This document shows, one piece after another, positions 24,233 through 35,046 of a stretch of 41,230 nt of DNA. Made by a program: the position numbers and the translations under genes. This DNA comes from Chiloscyllium plagiosum (taxonomy: Eukaryota): NCBI RefSeq assembly GCF_004010195.1, contig NC_057720.1:25538630-25579859 (forward strand), in the 5' to 3' direction. How positions within the stretch are numbered: position 1 is the first letter of the stretch; each line of letters opens with the position of its first letter. The notes below the pieces were generated by a model. That model saw only the letters and a program-made list of their open reading frames with translations. It had not been told where the DNA came from and searched no databases.

Positions 24233-25095
24233 CAACAGGACATTGACAGGATGCAGAACTGGGCTGAGAAGTGGCAGATGGAGTTTAACTTGGAAAAGTG
24301 TGAAGTGATTCATTTTGGAAGGTTGAATTTGAATGCAGATTACAGGGTTAAAGGCAGGATTCTTGGCAGTGTGGAGGAACAAAGGGATCTTGGAGTCCGT
24401 GGCCATAGATCCATCAAAGTTGCCACCTAAGTTGTTAGGGTTGTTAAGAAGGCATATAGTGTGTTGAATTTCATTAGCAGAGGGATCGAGTTTAAGAGCC
24501 AAGGGATTATGTTGCAGCTCTATAAAGCCCTGCTTAGACCCCACTTGGAATATTGTGTTCAGTTCTGGTTGCCCCATTATAGGAAGGATGTGGAAGCCTT
24601 AGAGAGAATGCAGAGGAGATTTGCCAAGATGCTGCCTGGACTGGACAGCATGTCTAATGAAAAAAAGTGCTTTTCTCATTGGAGTTAAGAAGGATGGGAG
24701 GTGACTTGACAGAGGTGTACAAGATGATGAGAGGCATAGATAGAGTGGATAGCCAGACACTTTTCCCCAGGGCGGAAAAATGGTTATCACAAGGGGGCAT
24801 AATTTTCAGGTGATTGGAGGAAGGTTTAGGAGAGATGTCAGAGGTATGTTCTTTACACAAGAGAGAGGTGGGAGCGTGGAATGCACTGTCAGCAGTGATA
24901 GTAGAATCAGATGCATTAGGGACATTTAACTGACTCTTGGATAAGCACATGGATGATAGTAAGATGAAGGGTACGTAGATTGTTTGATCCTAGAGTAGGA
25001 TAAAAGGTTGGCACAACATCGAGGGCTGAAAGGCTTGTACTGTGCTGTACTGTTCAAATTTCTATGTTCTATTGGAATTATTCAAAGAGGATCCA

Positions 25096-25360
25096 GGGGT
25101 AGTACAGTGGCTTAGTGGTTAGCATCACAGTGCCTGGGACCCGGGTTCGATTCCAGTCTTACGCGACTATCTATCTGGAGTTTGCCCATTCTCCCTGTGT
25201 CTCCTCCCACAATGCACAGATGTGCAGTTTAGGTGGCTTGGTCAGGGGAAATGCAGGGCTACAGGGATTGGGATGTGGGTGTGGATGAGATGTTGTTTGA
25301 AGGGTGGGTGTGTTCTTGATAAGCCAAATGGCCTGCTTTCACACTGTTGGGATTCTATGA
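25096..25360 (+). mobile_element. HE1-like V-SINE with internal deletions
   Basis: A box TGGCTTAGTGG, B box GGTTCGATTCC, GGAGTTTGC, tail GGGATTCTATGA. Confidence 0.88.
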
Positions 25361-26885
25361 GTCTCAACCAAAGTGGATAGAGGGGAACCAGTAGATAGGT
25401 AGTTTGCTCTCACCTATGAAAATTAGAGGATGGAGTTGAAATGGAAGAGGCACTTGCCTTATGTCACAATGTAAGACAAGTTGTAACTTCATGCTAGTAG
25501 TTGATACAGTTCACACCACTAGTCATGCATAATTACTCAAGACTCTTGGGAGTTGTACTTGTATAGATGTCAAGTGTCTCCACACGAAGACAGTGACATC
25601 ATTAGGATGAGTGCAGCTCAATGTACATGTTTATGAACACCTTCAGAACTATTAGAACAGCCCTCTTGCAAATATTTGCACATTCATAGGTTCCCTGAAA
25701 GTGTGTACAAAATATGGGAAATATTCCTTTGTAAACCCTTGGACTAATTTGGTCAAAACAGAGTCAGTTATCCAGAAGAAATGTACAAAATTGTCGAAGA
25801 AAATGTTTGTTACTTGTGTACAGCAACAGAATTGGCATTCACATAAGTCAACAAGTTAATGAAATCTGATAACAGATGGAGAGAAATCTGATGGCCTTTA
25901 CTGTCCCCGGTTTAATAGCAAATGTTATACACTAATACGATAGGGTTTAGCAAGATTGTCATGGCATCCCAGCCCTTCAAATTTGGTACTGGAACGAAAC
26001 ATAAATTGACTTTCAATGTACTGATGGATAAGAATTAGTAATGGGGATCTGAACTATCTGATTTGTTGGTCAAGCCTGAAGTCTGACAACATCATAAACA
26101 GGGAGATTGACCAAATACTGTGCACTATCTAATACAGGATACCTTAACCTGTGAATAAAACTGATTCTGTTCATCATCATATCCAAAAGCACACAAATTC
26201 TTCTCTTTTAGATAACAGGATTTAGCCATGTGTCACCTTGACCTGAAAATGCTTGCTTAGAAGAAATGATATATCACAATTAATGTCAATGCCCAAACCG
26301 CAGTAGTGAAGTTCTTATTTAGAATGTAATTTTTATCAATAAATAACTCTACATTTGCTTTTATTTCAAGGGCATTTGTAAAAAAAAAACAAAATAAGAG
26401 TCCAAAAGATTATCCTTGAGATAAATAAAGCAACACTATATGGGCAATGTTTTACTGGACTTATTATCCAATGGAGTTCTGAGAGAGGACTCTTCGCTTC
26501 TAGAAGAATACCTTGTGTGTTTTCTAATGACGCCTTCCATCTTTTGTGGAGTTGAGAAAAATCAATATACCATCAAAAAAAGTAGCACTTTACTTTCATG
26601 TAAGTAAAAGGATGTTCTTAAAACTCCATAACATGAGTTGTCTCCTACTTCACTAATTAACTCCTAGAATCCCTGCTCTATATGTATCTATGGACTGCAC
26701 ACCCCAATATTGCACTTATTACTGAAGCAAGCCTTTGTTAGAAAAGAAAGGAATTGAAGCTTTGATCCTGCACTCTTAAATTTACAAGCAGTTATGATCG
26801 CCCTTTGAATAGTTGCAATTGTAGAAGCAGATGTAATTACTTCAATTTATCTGGACAACTTCCCAAAATATTTTCCTGATTGTAG

Positions 26886-27160
26886 GAAATCTGTCCTATG
26901 TACAGAGCTACAATCATTCTTTCAACTCTCCAGTCGACTTCAATTGCTGCCAGCACTTTTAACAGCTTTTGCTAGTTTATCTGGTCTAAAGCTTTCTCAT
27001 CATCCATAAAACAAATGTATACTTCTTGCTGGTGTTCCATGCTTCTATTCCTTAATGCTTTCATCATTGCCACAGCCTACTTAGCTCCAAGACCCTATAC
27101 TCATGTAATTCCTCATTTTGTCTTCCTATCCAATTGCTAGATCTTTAACATTATCTTGGA
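26886..27160 (-). mobile_element. RTE-clade LINE, piece 1 (RT N-terminal half)
   Basis: Minus strand KIMLKI...AMMKALRNRSMEHQQEVYICFMDDEKALDQIN*QKLLKVLAAIEVDWRVERMIVALYIGQ. Confidence 0.8.
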
Positions 27161-27199
27161 TATATGTGTAATTAAAATTACATTTTAATGTTTATTACA

Positions 27200-27795
27200 A
27201 TTCATTGCTTTTGGTAAATCTGAACCTGGTGTAATGAAGCAGGCTATGAAATAAATCTATCGGCTGTCATGGTTGCACTTTAATGCCTATGTTAATGGAA
27301 TCCATAGAAACACTAAATGAGATCCGTTGCCGAAGATAATGAAATTTCCAGATGACTAGGCCCAATGGCTAGTATAGCAGAGGATCTACTGATCTTAATG
27401 GATGAAATAAAAACAAACTTATGAAATGAAAATTAATGTAAAGAAGGTGAGAGTTGTGAAAATTGGAAGCAATAACAGCGGTCAAGACAAATGACCAATT
27501 GCTGGAACAGGTTGCAAAATTTAGGTTACTAGGAAACCTTTTGCAGAAGATGGATATTGCTATAAAGGAATCAGAACAAGATTACCAATGTCAAAGATTT
27601 CATTCTCCAAACGTGAATAATTGCTCAATACAGGGATGAGTAGAAATCTTAAGAAAACAGTAAACCAGACAATAATTTGCAATGTCTTATTGTACAAATC
27701 TGAAATATGGACCTTGAGAAATGCGAATGTTAGAAGACTGGAAAGTTGTGAATCATGGTTTTGGAGAAGAATAGATTGGGTCAATTGGCGTGGGA
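27200..27795 (+). mobile_element. RTE-clade LINE, piece 2 (RT core and downstream)
   Basis: GKSEPGV...LSWLHFNAY, KFPDD (27345-27356, decayed FADD), LEQVAKFRLLG, LLYKSEIWTL...LESCESWFWRRIDWVNWR. Confidence 0.8.
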
Positions 27796-28511
27796 GGTGA
27801 TGGCACTTTAGCAGGGAGCATGCTAATAAATAACATAACCAGGGCGTGAATAATTGCCCTTGTGTAGACTTGTAGTGTGAAAGACCGTAGCTGCAGGAGT
27901 TTCCTTGTAGCAATAGTTGCTGAACCTCTGTAACTAAACTGTCTGCTGAACAATCCTTAAATAAACAGAAGCCACAGCCATTCGAGCAGTCCTAGAATGA
28001 GATTGGTACATTTGTGCAAACAAATACAGAAACACAATATGGTGATCAGTAATAATTTCTTATAGACAATGTGAAAACAGCGATATGAGTTTAATGACTG
28101 CAGGAAGAGTCTCAGGCAAGAACTGAAACATTATCGAAGATGTACATTGAAATCCCAGCAGGCAGAATTCCCTATACCATCATCTGTCCAGATTCCTATA
28201 ATTGGAGAGACTTCTCAAAAGAAAACAGGGGAAAATGAACATGGCCCACAGCAACATGTGGAGGCAGAACTGCTTAGTCTATGCAAAAGAATTGAGTCAG
28301 ATAACCTATCCACAAGAACCTGGGCATTCACAGAAGAATCTAGAATGTTCAATGAATCTCAATCCTATGAGATCACAATGCTTTATGGGGCAATATTAAG
28401 AGGAACAAGAAGCCAAATCTGAGTAATTCCTTTGCTCAGTGAACACATCTAAAGATAAATTGAGAGAGTAAATTTGTGGAGATCACAATGAAAACAATCA
28501 GAATTCTAACA
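27796..28511 (+). mobile_element. LTR-like repeat X, copy 1
   Basis: Starts GGTGATGGCACTTTA, ends TCAGAATTCTAACA; shares CAATAGTTGCTGAAC, CTGTCTGCTGAA and TCAATCCTATGAGATC with 29122-29323. Confidence 0.5.
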
Positions 28512-28592
28512 ATACACAAGATACCTTCACACCTACATGTCAAGAACACAAAACGATAAATATAGACCTCAGAAAAATTGTATCATTGCCAG

Positions 28593-28943
28593 AGGGTAGC
28601 ATGGTGACTCAGTGGTTAGCACTGCTGCCTCACAGCACCAGGGTCTTGGTTGGAACCCCACCCTCGGGTAACTGTCTGTGTGGAGTTTGCATATTCTTCA
28701 CGTGTCTGTGTTGGTTTCCACCAGGTGCTTTAGTTTCGTCCTACAGCATAAAGATGTGCAGGTTAGGTGGATTGGGCATGCTAAATTGCCCATAGTGTCC
28801 AGAGATTTGCAGGTTAGGTGGATTAGCCATGGGAAATGCAGGGTTACAGAGTAGGGGGTTGGGTCTTTGTGGGTTGCCGTTTGGAAGTTGGTGTAGACTC
28901 GATAGGCCGAATGGCCTGTTTCCACACTGGAGGGATTCCATGA
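28593..28943 (+). mobile_element. HE1-like V-SINE, full length
   Basis: GGTGACTCAGTGGTTAGCACTGCTGCCTCACAGC head, V-domain, duplicated GCAGGTTAGGTGGATT, CR1-like tail. Confidence 0.9.
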
Positions 28944-29121
28944 AAAAAATCCAGGGGAATTGTTAAACCACCAATCTGTAATATAGTCTTGTAAATACTT
29001 AAAACCTCAAATCCGTAAACTCTTAAACAGGGGCTTCTTTTTCTGTGGGCTTTCGAGCTCCAGTGTACACGTACATTCATTCTATTGCACATACTGTTAT
29101 CTTTGATTAAAAAGTGGATGT

Positions 29122-29323
29122 TGTGATATCACTTTAAGAGGGAACTTGCTCATGAGCAAATAATCAGGATATTACATGTGACTAGCAATAACTGAGCAAT
29201 CTAATTTGCTGCCGGTAGTATGATAGAGTGGAGCTGTACTCTCCCTGAAACAATAGTTGCTGAACATCTGGAACAAGCCTGTCTGCTGAATTGTCCTGCA
29301 ACCAGCCTTCAATCCTATGAGAT
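29122..29323 (+). mobile_element. LTR-like repeat X, copy 2, 5' part (broken at inversion breakpoint)
   Basis: Starts TGTGATATCACTTTAAG after purine-rich AAAAAGTGGA; homology blocks shared with 27796-28511. Confidence 0.5.
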
Positions 29324-29730
29324 CCCCTTGTTGTGGAGAAGCCCAAGGAAGACCAGAAAACTGAGGAGTTAAAACAGAAATCTCCTGGTATTTTCCCAGA
29401 CTGTGTGGTAATCAGATCCCACTATCATAAGCCATAGCATGAAGCAAAAAGTAAAGAGAAAGATGAAGGAGTTGATGTTCAGTTAGCGGACACCCTGTTT
29501 GATGTAATGGTGCAGGAAAAACCTGAAGAAGCAGAGGGTCAGACAGAAGTGGTTAGTCCTGAAAGGCTAAGGGACTTGCAACAGCAAGACAAGATGATAA
29601 AAGATATATATGTGGATGTGTACTCTGAAAAGGAGGCAGAAATATTCCGGATGGTTATTATCTGAAAGATAGAATCTTAAGATGGAAATGGAGACCACGC
29701 CAGGTTAGTGCAGAGGAGAAATGGGCCGAA

Positions 29731-30447
29731 GTGCACCAGATTGTGTTGCCGGTAGCATACAGAGAGGAGGTGTTACAGGTAGCACATGAATTACCTGTAG
29801 GAGGTCACCTAGGGGTTAAGAGACTCAGGCTAAGGTACATAAACATTTTTATTGGCCTGGAATGCACAAGGATATGGTTAACTTTTACCATACATGTCAT
29901 ACATGTGAAATGGTAGGTAAGCCACAGACGGTAATAAAATCATCACCTTTGTTGCCAATTCCTGCACTTGAAGAACCTTTCATGCAAGTTATAATTGATT
30001 GCGTAGGTGCCCTCCAGAGAACTAAAAGTGAGAAACAGTACGTGTTAACCACAATGGATGTGTCTACCAGATTTCCGGAGGCAATTCCACTATGCAGTAT
30101 CAGGGCAAAAAGTGGAGTGGTGGAGTTAGTAGCTTTCTTCACACAGTATGGGCTGCCCAGAGAGATTCAGTTGGACCAAGGGTCAAATTTTACTGCTAGG
30201 CTGTTTATGGCGGTTCATTGATAACTTAGGTACACAGCACTTCAAATCCAGTGCGTATCATCCTGAATCCCAGGGAGCTTTAGAAAGGTGGCATCAGACC
30301 TTGAAGACCATGTTGCCAGCATACTGTCAGGATTACCCGAATGATTGGGATAAAGGTAACCCATTCATATTGTTTGCCATTAGAGATGCCCCAAATGAAT
30401 CTACTCAGTTTACTCCCTTTGAGTTAATATTTGGGCATGAAGTGTGA
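29731..30447 (+). pseudogene. Retrotransposon integrase (HHCC zinc finger and DDE core), frameshifted
   Basis: AHELPVGGHLG; CHTC; VIIDCVG; IQLDQGSNF; SAYHPESQGALERWHQTLK across ORFs 29731..29916, 29862..30221, 30148..30447. Confidence 0.9.
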
Positions 30448-30781
30448 GGCCCTTTGAAATTAGTTAAAGAAAAATTGACAGAACCAATGTCAGAGATCTT
30501 ACATTTAGATTCTGTATCGGAGGTGAGGGGGAGACCAAATCGAGTAGGTGAGTTAACTAAACGACACCTCAAAAGGGGAAGAGTATAAAATGAAGCAGGT
30601 GGCAGATAAAAGCTCTGAGACTCGGACGTTTTCCCGAGGGGATGACATGTTAGTACTGTTACCAGTGATAGGAGATCCCTTCAAAGTCAGGTTTAAAATC
30701 CCTATGAAATTGAGAAAAAGTTGAGTCAGTTAAACTATCTAATAAAGATGCCAGATAGAAAAAAAGGTTTGGGTATGTCAT

Positions 30782-31777
30782 GTGAACATGTTGAAACCGT
30801 ATTATACTAGGGAGAAAGAACTGGAGAAGCAGGTGTCAGTTATTGCCCCACAGAGTAAGGAATCAAATCCAGGTGTGGATTTTGATGTGCCTCAAAATAG
30901 ATTAAAAAATGAAGAAGTCCTTGAGGAGTGGGATAGGTTTGTAAACTTTCTGTCTCAGGAGAATAGAACGCAGTTGAAAGATTTGTTACTGCAGTATGAC
31001 ATATGTAAGAATCAGATGGGGAGATCTAATGCTATTGTACGTGAAGTAGACGTAGGGAATATTGCTCCGATAAAACTACACCTCTATCAGCTTAACCCTT
31101 TCAAACTCAAACAAGTCCAGAAGAAGGTGGAGGCCATGCTCATCGAGTATATCATCGAACCGAGCCAGAGCGAGTGGAGTTCGCTGATCGTCTTTGTTCC
31201 TAAACTGGACGGGACTCAACGATTCTGCGTGGATTACCGCAAGGTCAAAGCCATTACAAAATTGGACTCATATTCAATTCCAAGTTTGGAGGACTGTATC
31301 GAGAAAGTCAGACATGCCAGTTACATCACCAAGTTGAACTTACTGCGTGGTTACTGGCAGATATCTTTATCAAATACGACAAAAGAAATTTCTGCATTTG
31401 TAACCCCAAATGGGCTGTATCAATTTAAAGTGATGCCCTTTGGAATTAAGAACGCACCCGCCACATTCCAAACACTCATGAACAGAGTTGTAGCTGGGTT
31501 AACAAACTGTGCAGTCTATTTGGATGATGTAGTGATCTTTAGTAAGTCCTGGAAAGATCACCTGGAACAGTTGGCAGACTTCTTTGAATGGCTACGAGAA
31601 GCAAAACCGGTAATAAACTTAAACAAAACGGAATTCACGAAAGCAGAGGTGACGTTCTTGGTTGTGGACCCAGATCACAATCTTATTACATTATTTGAAC
31701 GCTTTAAAGACAAGAATATGAGACTATTTCATTGGAGTCTTAATTTACAGACTTTTAATTTAAAAATATACATGTAA
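30782..31777 (+). pseudogene. Gypsy reverse transcriptase fused in frame to RNase H C-terminal remnant
   Basis: RFCVDYRK, LRGYWQI, YQFKVMPFGIKNAPATFQ, YLDD, then DHNLITL...RLFHWSLNLQTF. Confidence 0.9.
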
Positions 31778-31971
31778 GAGTGTAATCATAGATACTTTAT
31801 CGCTGACTTAACGGATAAAGTTTAGATGAAATTTGTATTTATTTAATGTTTTATACATATATAGGTATATGGGAAGAAGTTAAGGTGAACTAAGTTTGAG
31901 GTTATCTGTATGTTATGGTGTTCAAAGAATTGAAAAGAAATTAAGCCATCTGTTTATTATTATTTTTTTTT

Positions 31972-31980
31972 AAGGGGGGA
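31972..31980 (+). other. Polypurine tract
   Basis: AAGGGGGGA after a T-run, 2 nt before the LTR TG. Confidence 0.8.
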
Positions 31981-31982
31981 CG

Positions 31983-32707
31983 TGTTAGAAAGGTGAAAGG
32001 TGTGTTGTATCTTTAAGAGAGTTAAAAGCTCACAGAACTACCTGACACAGCACTAAGTGTTCTGAACAAGGTAACAATGTAACATTTGGTCAAACAGCTC
32101 GAATAGCTGGGTTGCCTGGAGACAAAGAAAAACAAATTCAAATTTGGCCAATCACTCTAAAATCTACCCGAAAATACCAAACTCCAATCAAGTTTAAATT
32201 TAGTATTTTGACAATATTAACACCAATGAAATGATCTGACGCTTTGGGGGTATAAAACTGAAAACAATTTGAACAGTTTGCAGAGACCGACCAAAAGACC
32301 AACAGAGGTAGGCTGCTAGTCAGAACTCTGTGAGAGGTACCTATTTAGAGAAGGAGTTTGTAGGGAGAAAAAACATCGACACCGACCTGAGAGCAAAACT
32401 ACAGAGGAAGATACAAAGAGAAGATTCAACAGCTGGCTGGTTTTGAAATTTGAATATTTTGGTAAATCTTAATCGGGGGGTTTTATTGGACTATTATTAT
32501 AGAAGGGAAAGTAAAAGATAGGTTTGAGAAAGGAGTTGTTAGTTAATAATTCTCTGTTAGACTTTTTAAAAAAATAAACTTGTTAATTTTTCCTTTAAAT
32601 AGTCCTTTGGGATAGTTCTTGGCCTCTCGAATTTTCACAGATTACTGCAGGAGTTTCTGGTTTAAATTAGTGGGGGTGGGGGGTGTGGTTTACCTTGTGT
32701 CGTAACA
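31983..32707 (+). mobile_element. Gypsy 3' LTR
   Basis: TGTTA...TAACA termini, three CCAAT boxes, TATAAAA 32251-32257, AATAAA 32573-32578; followed by CTGT. Confidence 0.9.
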
Positions 32708-32766
32708 CTGTGTCTAGGGCTTTTATTGCGCCTGCTCTGTAAGTCTACTCAAAGCAAGAACAACAC

Positions 32767-32820
32767 CTCTCTTTCTCTCTCTTTCTCTCTTTATCTCGTT
32801 CTCTCTCTCTTTCTCTCTCT
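32767..32820. repeat. Imperfect (CT)n microsatellite
   Basis: CTCTCTTTCTCTCTCTTTCTCTC... Confidence 0.9.
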
Positions 32821-33249
32821 GCTCAGATGTGAAATATGGCATGTGAGGTTTTAGTAAGTCTTGACCTGGAGTGCCTCTTCCTGTGGTAATCATCACTTGA
32901 GTCATTGCTGGGCAAAGTTAAAAGATAGAAGGAGGTCCATGTTCCTTGTCAGGTCATCTTAACACTTTAAATTAAAAGAGACAATCTAAGATATAACCAT
33001 GTTATAAAAACCTGAATTCATAACAAACTGAAAACAATTTATGTGCCTATGCCTTTAAAAGTGTAGTGAATCTAAACATAGGTACAATGTCCTTTCTTTT
33101 GGTAATACTTAGTTTGGGTAATTTGAATTTTTTAAAATATAAATTACTGTTAACATCCTTACATAATATTAAAGTTGCATGTAGTATTATTATTATCCCT
33201 TTGGCATTGTGTAGAGAGCCTCAGACATATATGTAATCTGGCCTTTTAA

Positions 33250-33527
33250 GGTCTCTTCTCAAATATTCAATTCTAGCTGATTGTATATTAGTCCTGAACT
33301 GCCTAAGCTCATCTGCCTCATGGTTTTGAACTTTCCTCTTTGATTGCTTATGGGACTGCCCACTTCCATTTTAAATTGTTTCATTCTTTCTTTTGTTTTA
33401 CATTGCTTTACTTTTCCTTCAATCACTCCCTTCAGCAAATCCTCATGCTTTACAATATAGCCTTTTCTTGACATAATTTACTAGCACCCTTTCCTCCTCC
33501 AGCTAAGAAATAATTCCGCTTTCTCTC
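33250..33527 (-). mobile_element. RTE-clade LINE, piece 3 (ORF C-terminus)
   Basis: Minus strand ERKRN, LEEERVLVNYVKKR, GYIVKHEDLLKGVIEGKVK (ORF 33259..33474), matching the RTE GH..RH..LL..VIEG motif. Confidence 0.75.
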
Positions 33528-33601
33528 TGTCATGGTTCTGAGTTTGCTCTGATAATCCTGCCAATCTCACAACAGGACTGGATGTAGGTTTTATTTATTT
33601 G
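33528..33601 (-). mobile_element. LTR-like repeat X, copy 2, 3' end
   Basis: Minus strand AATAAAACCTACATCC...TCAGAACCATGACA, similar to the end of copy 1 (ACATCT...TCAGAATTCTAACA). Confidence 0.5.
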
Positions 33602-33604
33602 AAT

Positions 33605-33699
33605 GATTCCTGAAGAAGGGAATGCCCAAAACGTCGATTCTCCTGCTCCTCGGATGCTGCCTGGCCTGCTGTGTTTTTCCAGCACCACATTTTTCAACT
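33605..33699 (+). mobile_element. Penelope-like tail (family P2) with decayed hammerhead
   Basis: CTGAAGA-AGGG-AAT-GCCC-AAAA-CGTC (33610-33635) then GATTCTCCTGCTCCTCGGATGCTGCCTG. Confidence 0.75.
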
Positions 33700-33955
33700 T
33701 CGAATATTCCTTGTCAAATTTGAGAATCATCTTCAAATCCTAGAACCTCTTCAGCAATTTTAAGAGCCATTTCTCTCACTTTGAATTTAATCAACCACAA
33801 GTCACCAAAACTAAACCAATTGTCTCACCTATGTTTTACTAGAAGATCTAGGACACTAACCTGCAAGTGTTTAAATCTGCTGGGATTTTTTTGTATCTCC
33901 AAATCTATTCAAATTTGTCTAAACCAGTTCAAATCCCAATGACGAACCCCCAGAC
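33700..33955 (-). mobile_element. Gypsy primer-binding site, leader and start of gag
   Basis: TGGGGGTTCGTCATTGGGAT (33952-33933) resembles the tRNA-Pro PBS TGGGGGCTCGTCCGGGAT, 3 nt from the LTR; ATG at 33770 gives MALKIAEEVLGFEDDSQI*. Confidence 0.75.
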
Positions 33956-34677
33956 TGTTATGGCACAGGGTAAACAACCCCTGTTAATTTAAACGAGCAA
34001 CACAGAACCAGTGCTGTAATCTGTGAGAATCGAGAGGCCAAGAACTATCCCAAAGGTCACTATTTAAAGTAAAAATTAGCAACATTTTTAAAAGTCTAAC
34101 AGAGAATAACGAACAACTATTTATAACTCCTTTTTCAAACCTATCTTTCACTTTCCCTTCTGTGATACTAGTCTGGTAAAACCCCCAATTAAAATTTACC
34201 AAAAAAATTCAAATTTCAAAACCAGCCAGCTGTCGAATCTTCTCTTTGTATCTTCCTCTGTAGTTTTGCTCTCCAGGTTGGTGTCAATGTTTTTTCTCTG
34301 TACAAACTCCTTCTCTAGACAGATACCTCCCAGAGAGTTCTGACTAGAAGCCTACGTCTGTTGGCCTTTTGGCAGATCTCCTCCCATTGTTCACATTTTT
34401 TGTTCGGTTTTATTCCCTAAAGAATTGGATTGTTTCATTGGTGTTAATATTGTCAAACTGCTAAATTCAAACTTGATGGGAGTTTGGTATTTTCGGGAAT
34501 AATTTAAAGGGATTGGCTGAATTTGATTTTTTTTTTGTCCCGTGGCAACCCAGCTACTCGAGCTGTTTGACCAAATGTTACATAGTTACTTTGTTCAGAA
34601 CACTTGGTGCTGTGTCAGGTAGTTCTGTGAGCTTTTAACTCTCATAAAGGTACAGTACCCCTTACATCCTCATAACA
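33956..34677 (-). mobile_element. Gypsy 5' LTR, inverted relative to 31983-32707
   Basis: Reverse complement of the 3' LTR over its whole length (roughly 85% by eye); TGTTA/TAACA ends; outer flank ACAG (CTGT on minus strand). Confidence 0.9.
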
Positions 34678-35046
34678 ACAGAGTGCGTGAGACGGAGAAG
34701 GAAGCAGCAGGGAAAAAAAAAGGTTTTCTAGCTACCAGGTTGAATGTTAGTAAAAGCTTGTTCCCTTGTGTAAAGAAAAGGATTCTGTAAAGTTTAAGGT
34801 CATTGGAAGATTCATCTTGGAGAGGCCATGAGAAGGGAATGACTTTTCAACTATTTCCTGTAAACATACAATTTTGTGGACAACATGAGGTATACACAAG
34901 CAGGCTGGGAGATATCAGAGATGTTAAAACATTGATAAGCACTTTTATCCTGTAGTTTAGAGTATTATTTGCTGACAAAATTATATTTGTTTCAGACTAA
35001 AAAATTCTTAAAACCTGTAACCCTGCCATGTGGTTCCTTTAAGTCA

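Larger units (their letters stand above)
16891..25072 (+). mobile_element. Host CR1 LINE (CR1-A) ORF2 in three pieces: 16891-17623, 19778-20448, 24233-25072
   Basis: LDLVLGN...SDHN (endonuclease end), ORF 19775..20182 KSPGPDRIYP...HGFVRGRSCLT, VPQGSVL, then QQDIDRMQNWAEKWQMEFN and tail; pieces are colinear. Confidence 0.88.
29324..31982 (+). mobile_element. Gypsy LTR retrotransposon internal region, Gmr1-type order (integrase, RT, RNase H)
   Basis: PLVVEKP...PGIFPDCVVIRS linker, integrase 29731-30447, RT 30782-31660, RNase H tail, polypurine tract before LTR. Confidence 0.9.

Noticed and set aside
25400..26880. Possible host exons or retroviral env remnant
   Set aside because: No ORF of 60 aa or more in the track and no motif I can recognise; left unannotated.
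6818..28943. tRNA genes at the four A/B-box heads
   Set aside because: Each continues into a SINE body and LINE-like tail, and no full cloverleaf is evident.
30782..31777. Functional domesticated RT gene
   Set aside because: It lies in a broken pol with no independent start context, lacks most of RNase H, and its first catalytic Asp appears replaced by Asn.
31983..34677. DNA transposon or DIRS element with long inverted terminal repeats
   Set aside because: The repeats have TG...CA ends, a PPT, a PBS and an adjacent DDE integrase and RT; an inverted Gypsy element explains them.
32708..34720. TATA-like AATAAAAG near the reconstructed Gypsy pre-insertion site, suggesting a disrupted promoter
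   Set aside because: A single short motif with no CpG island or downstream exon to support it.
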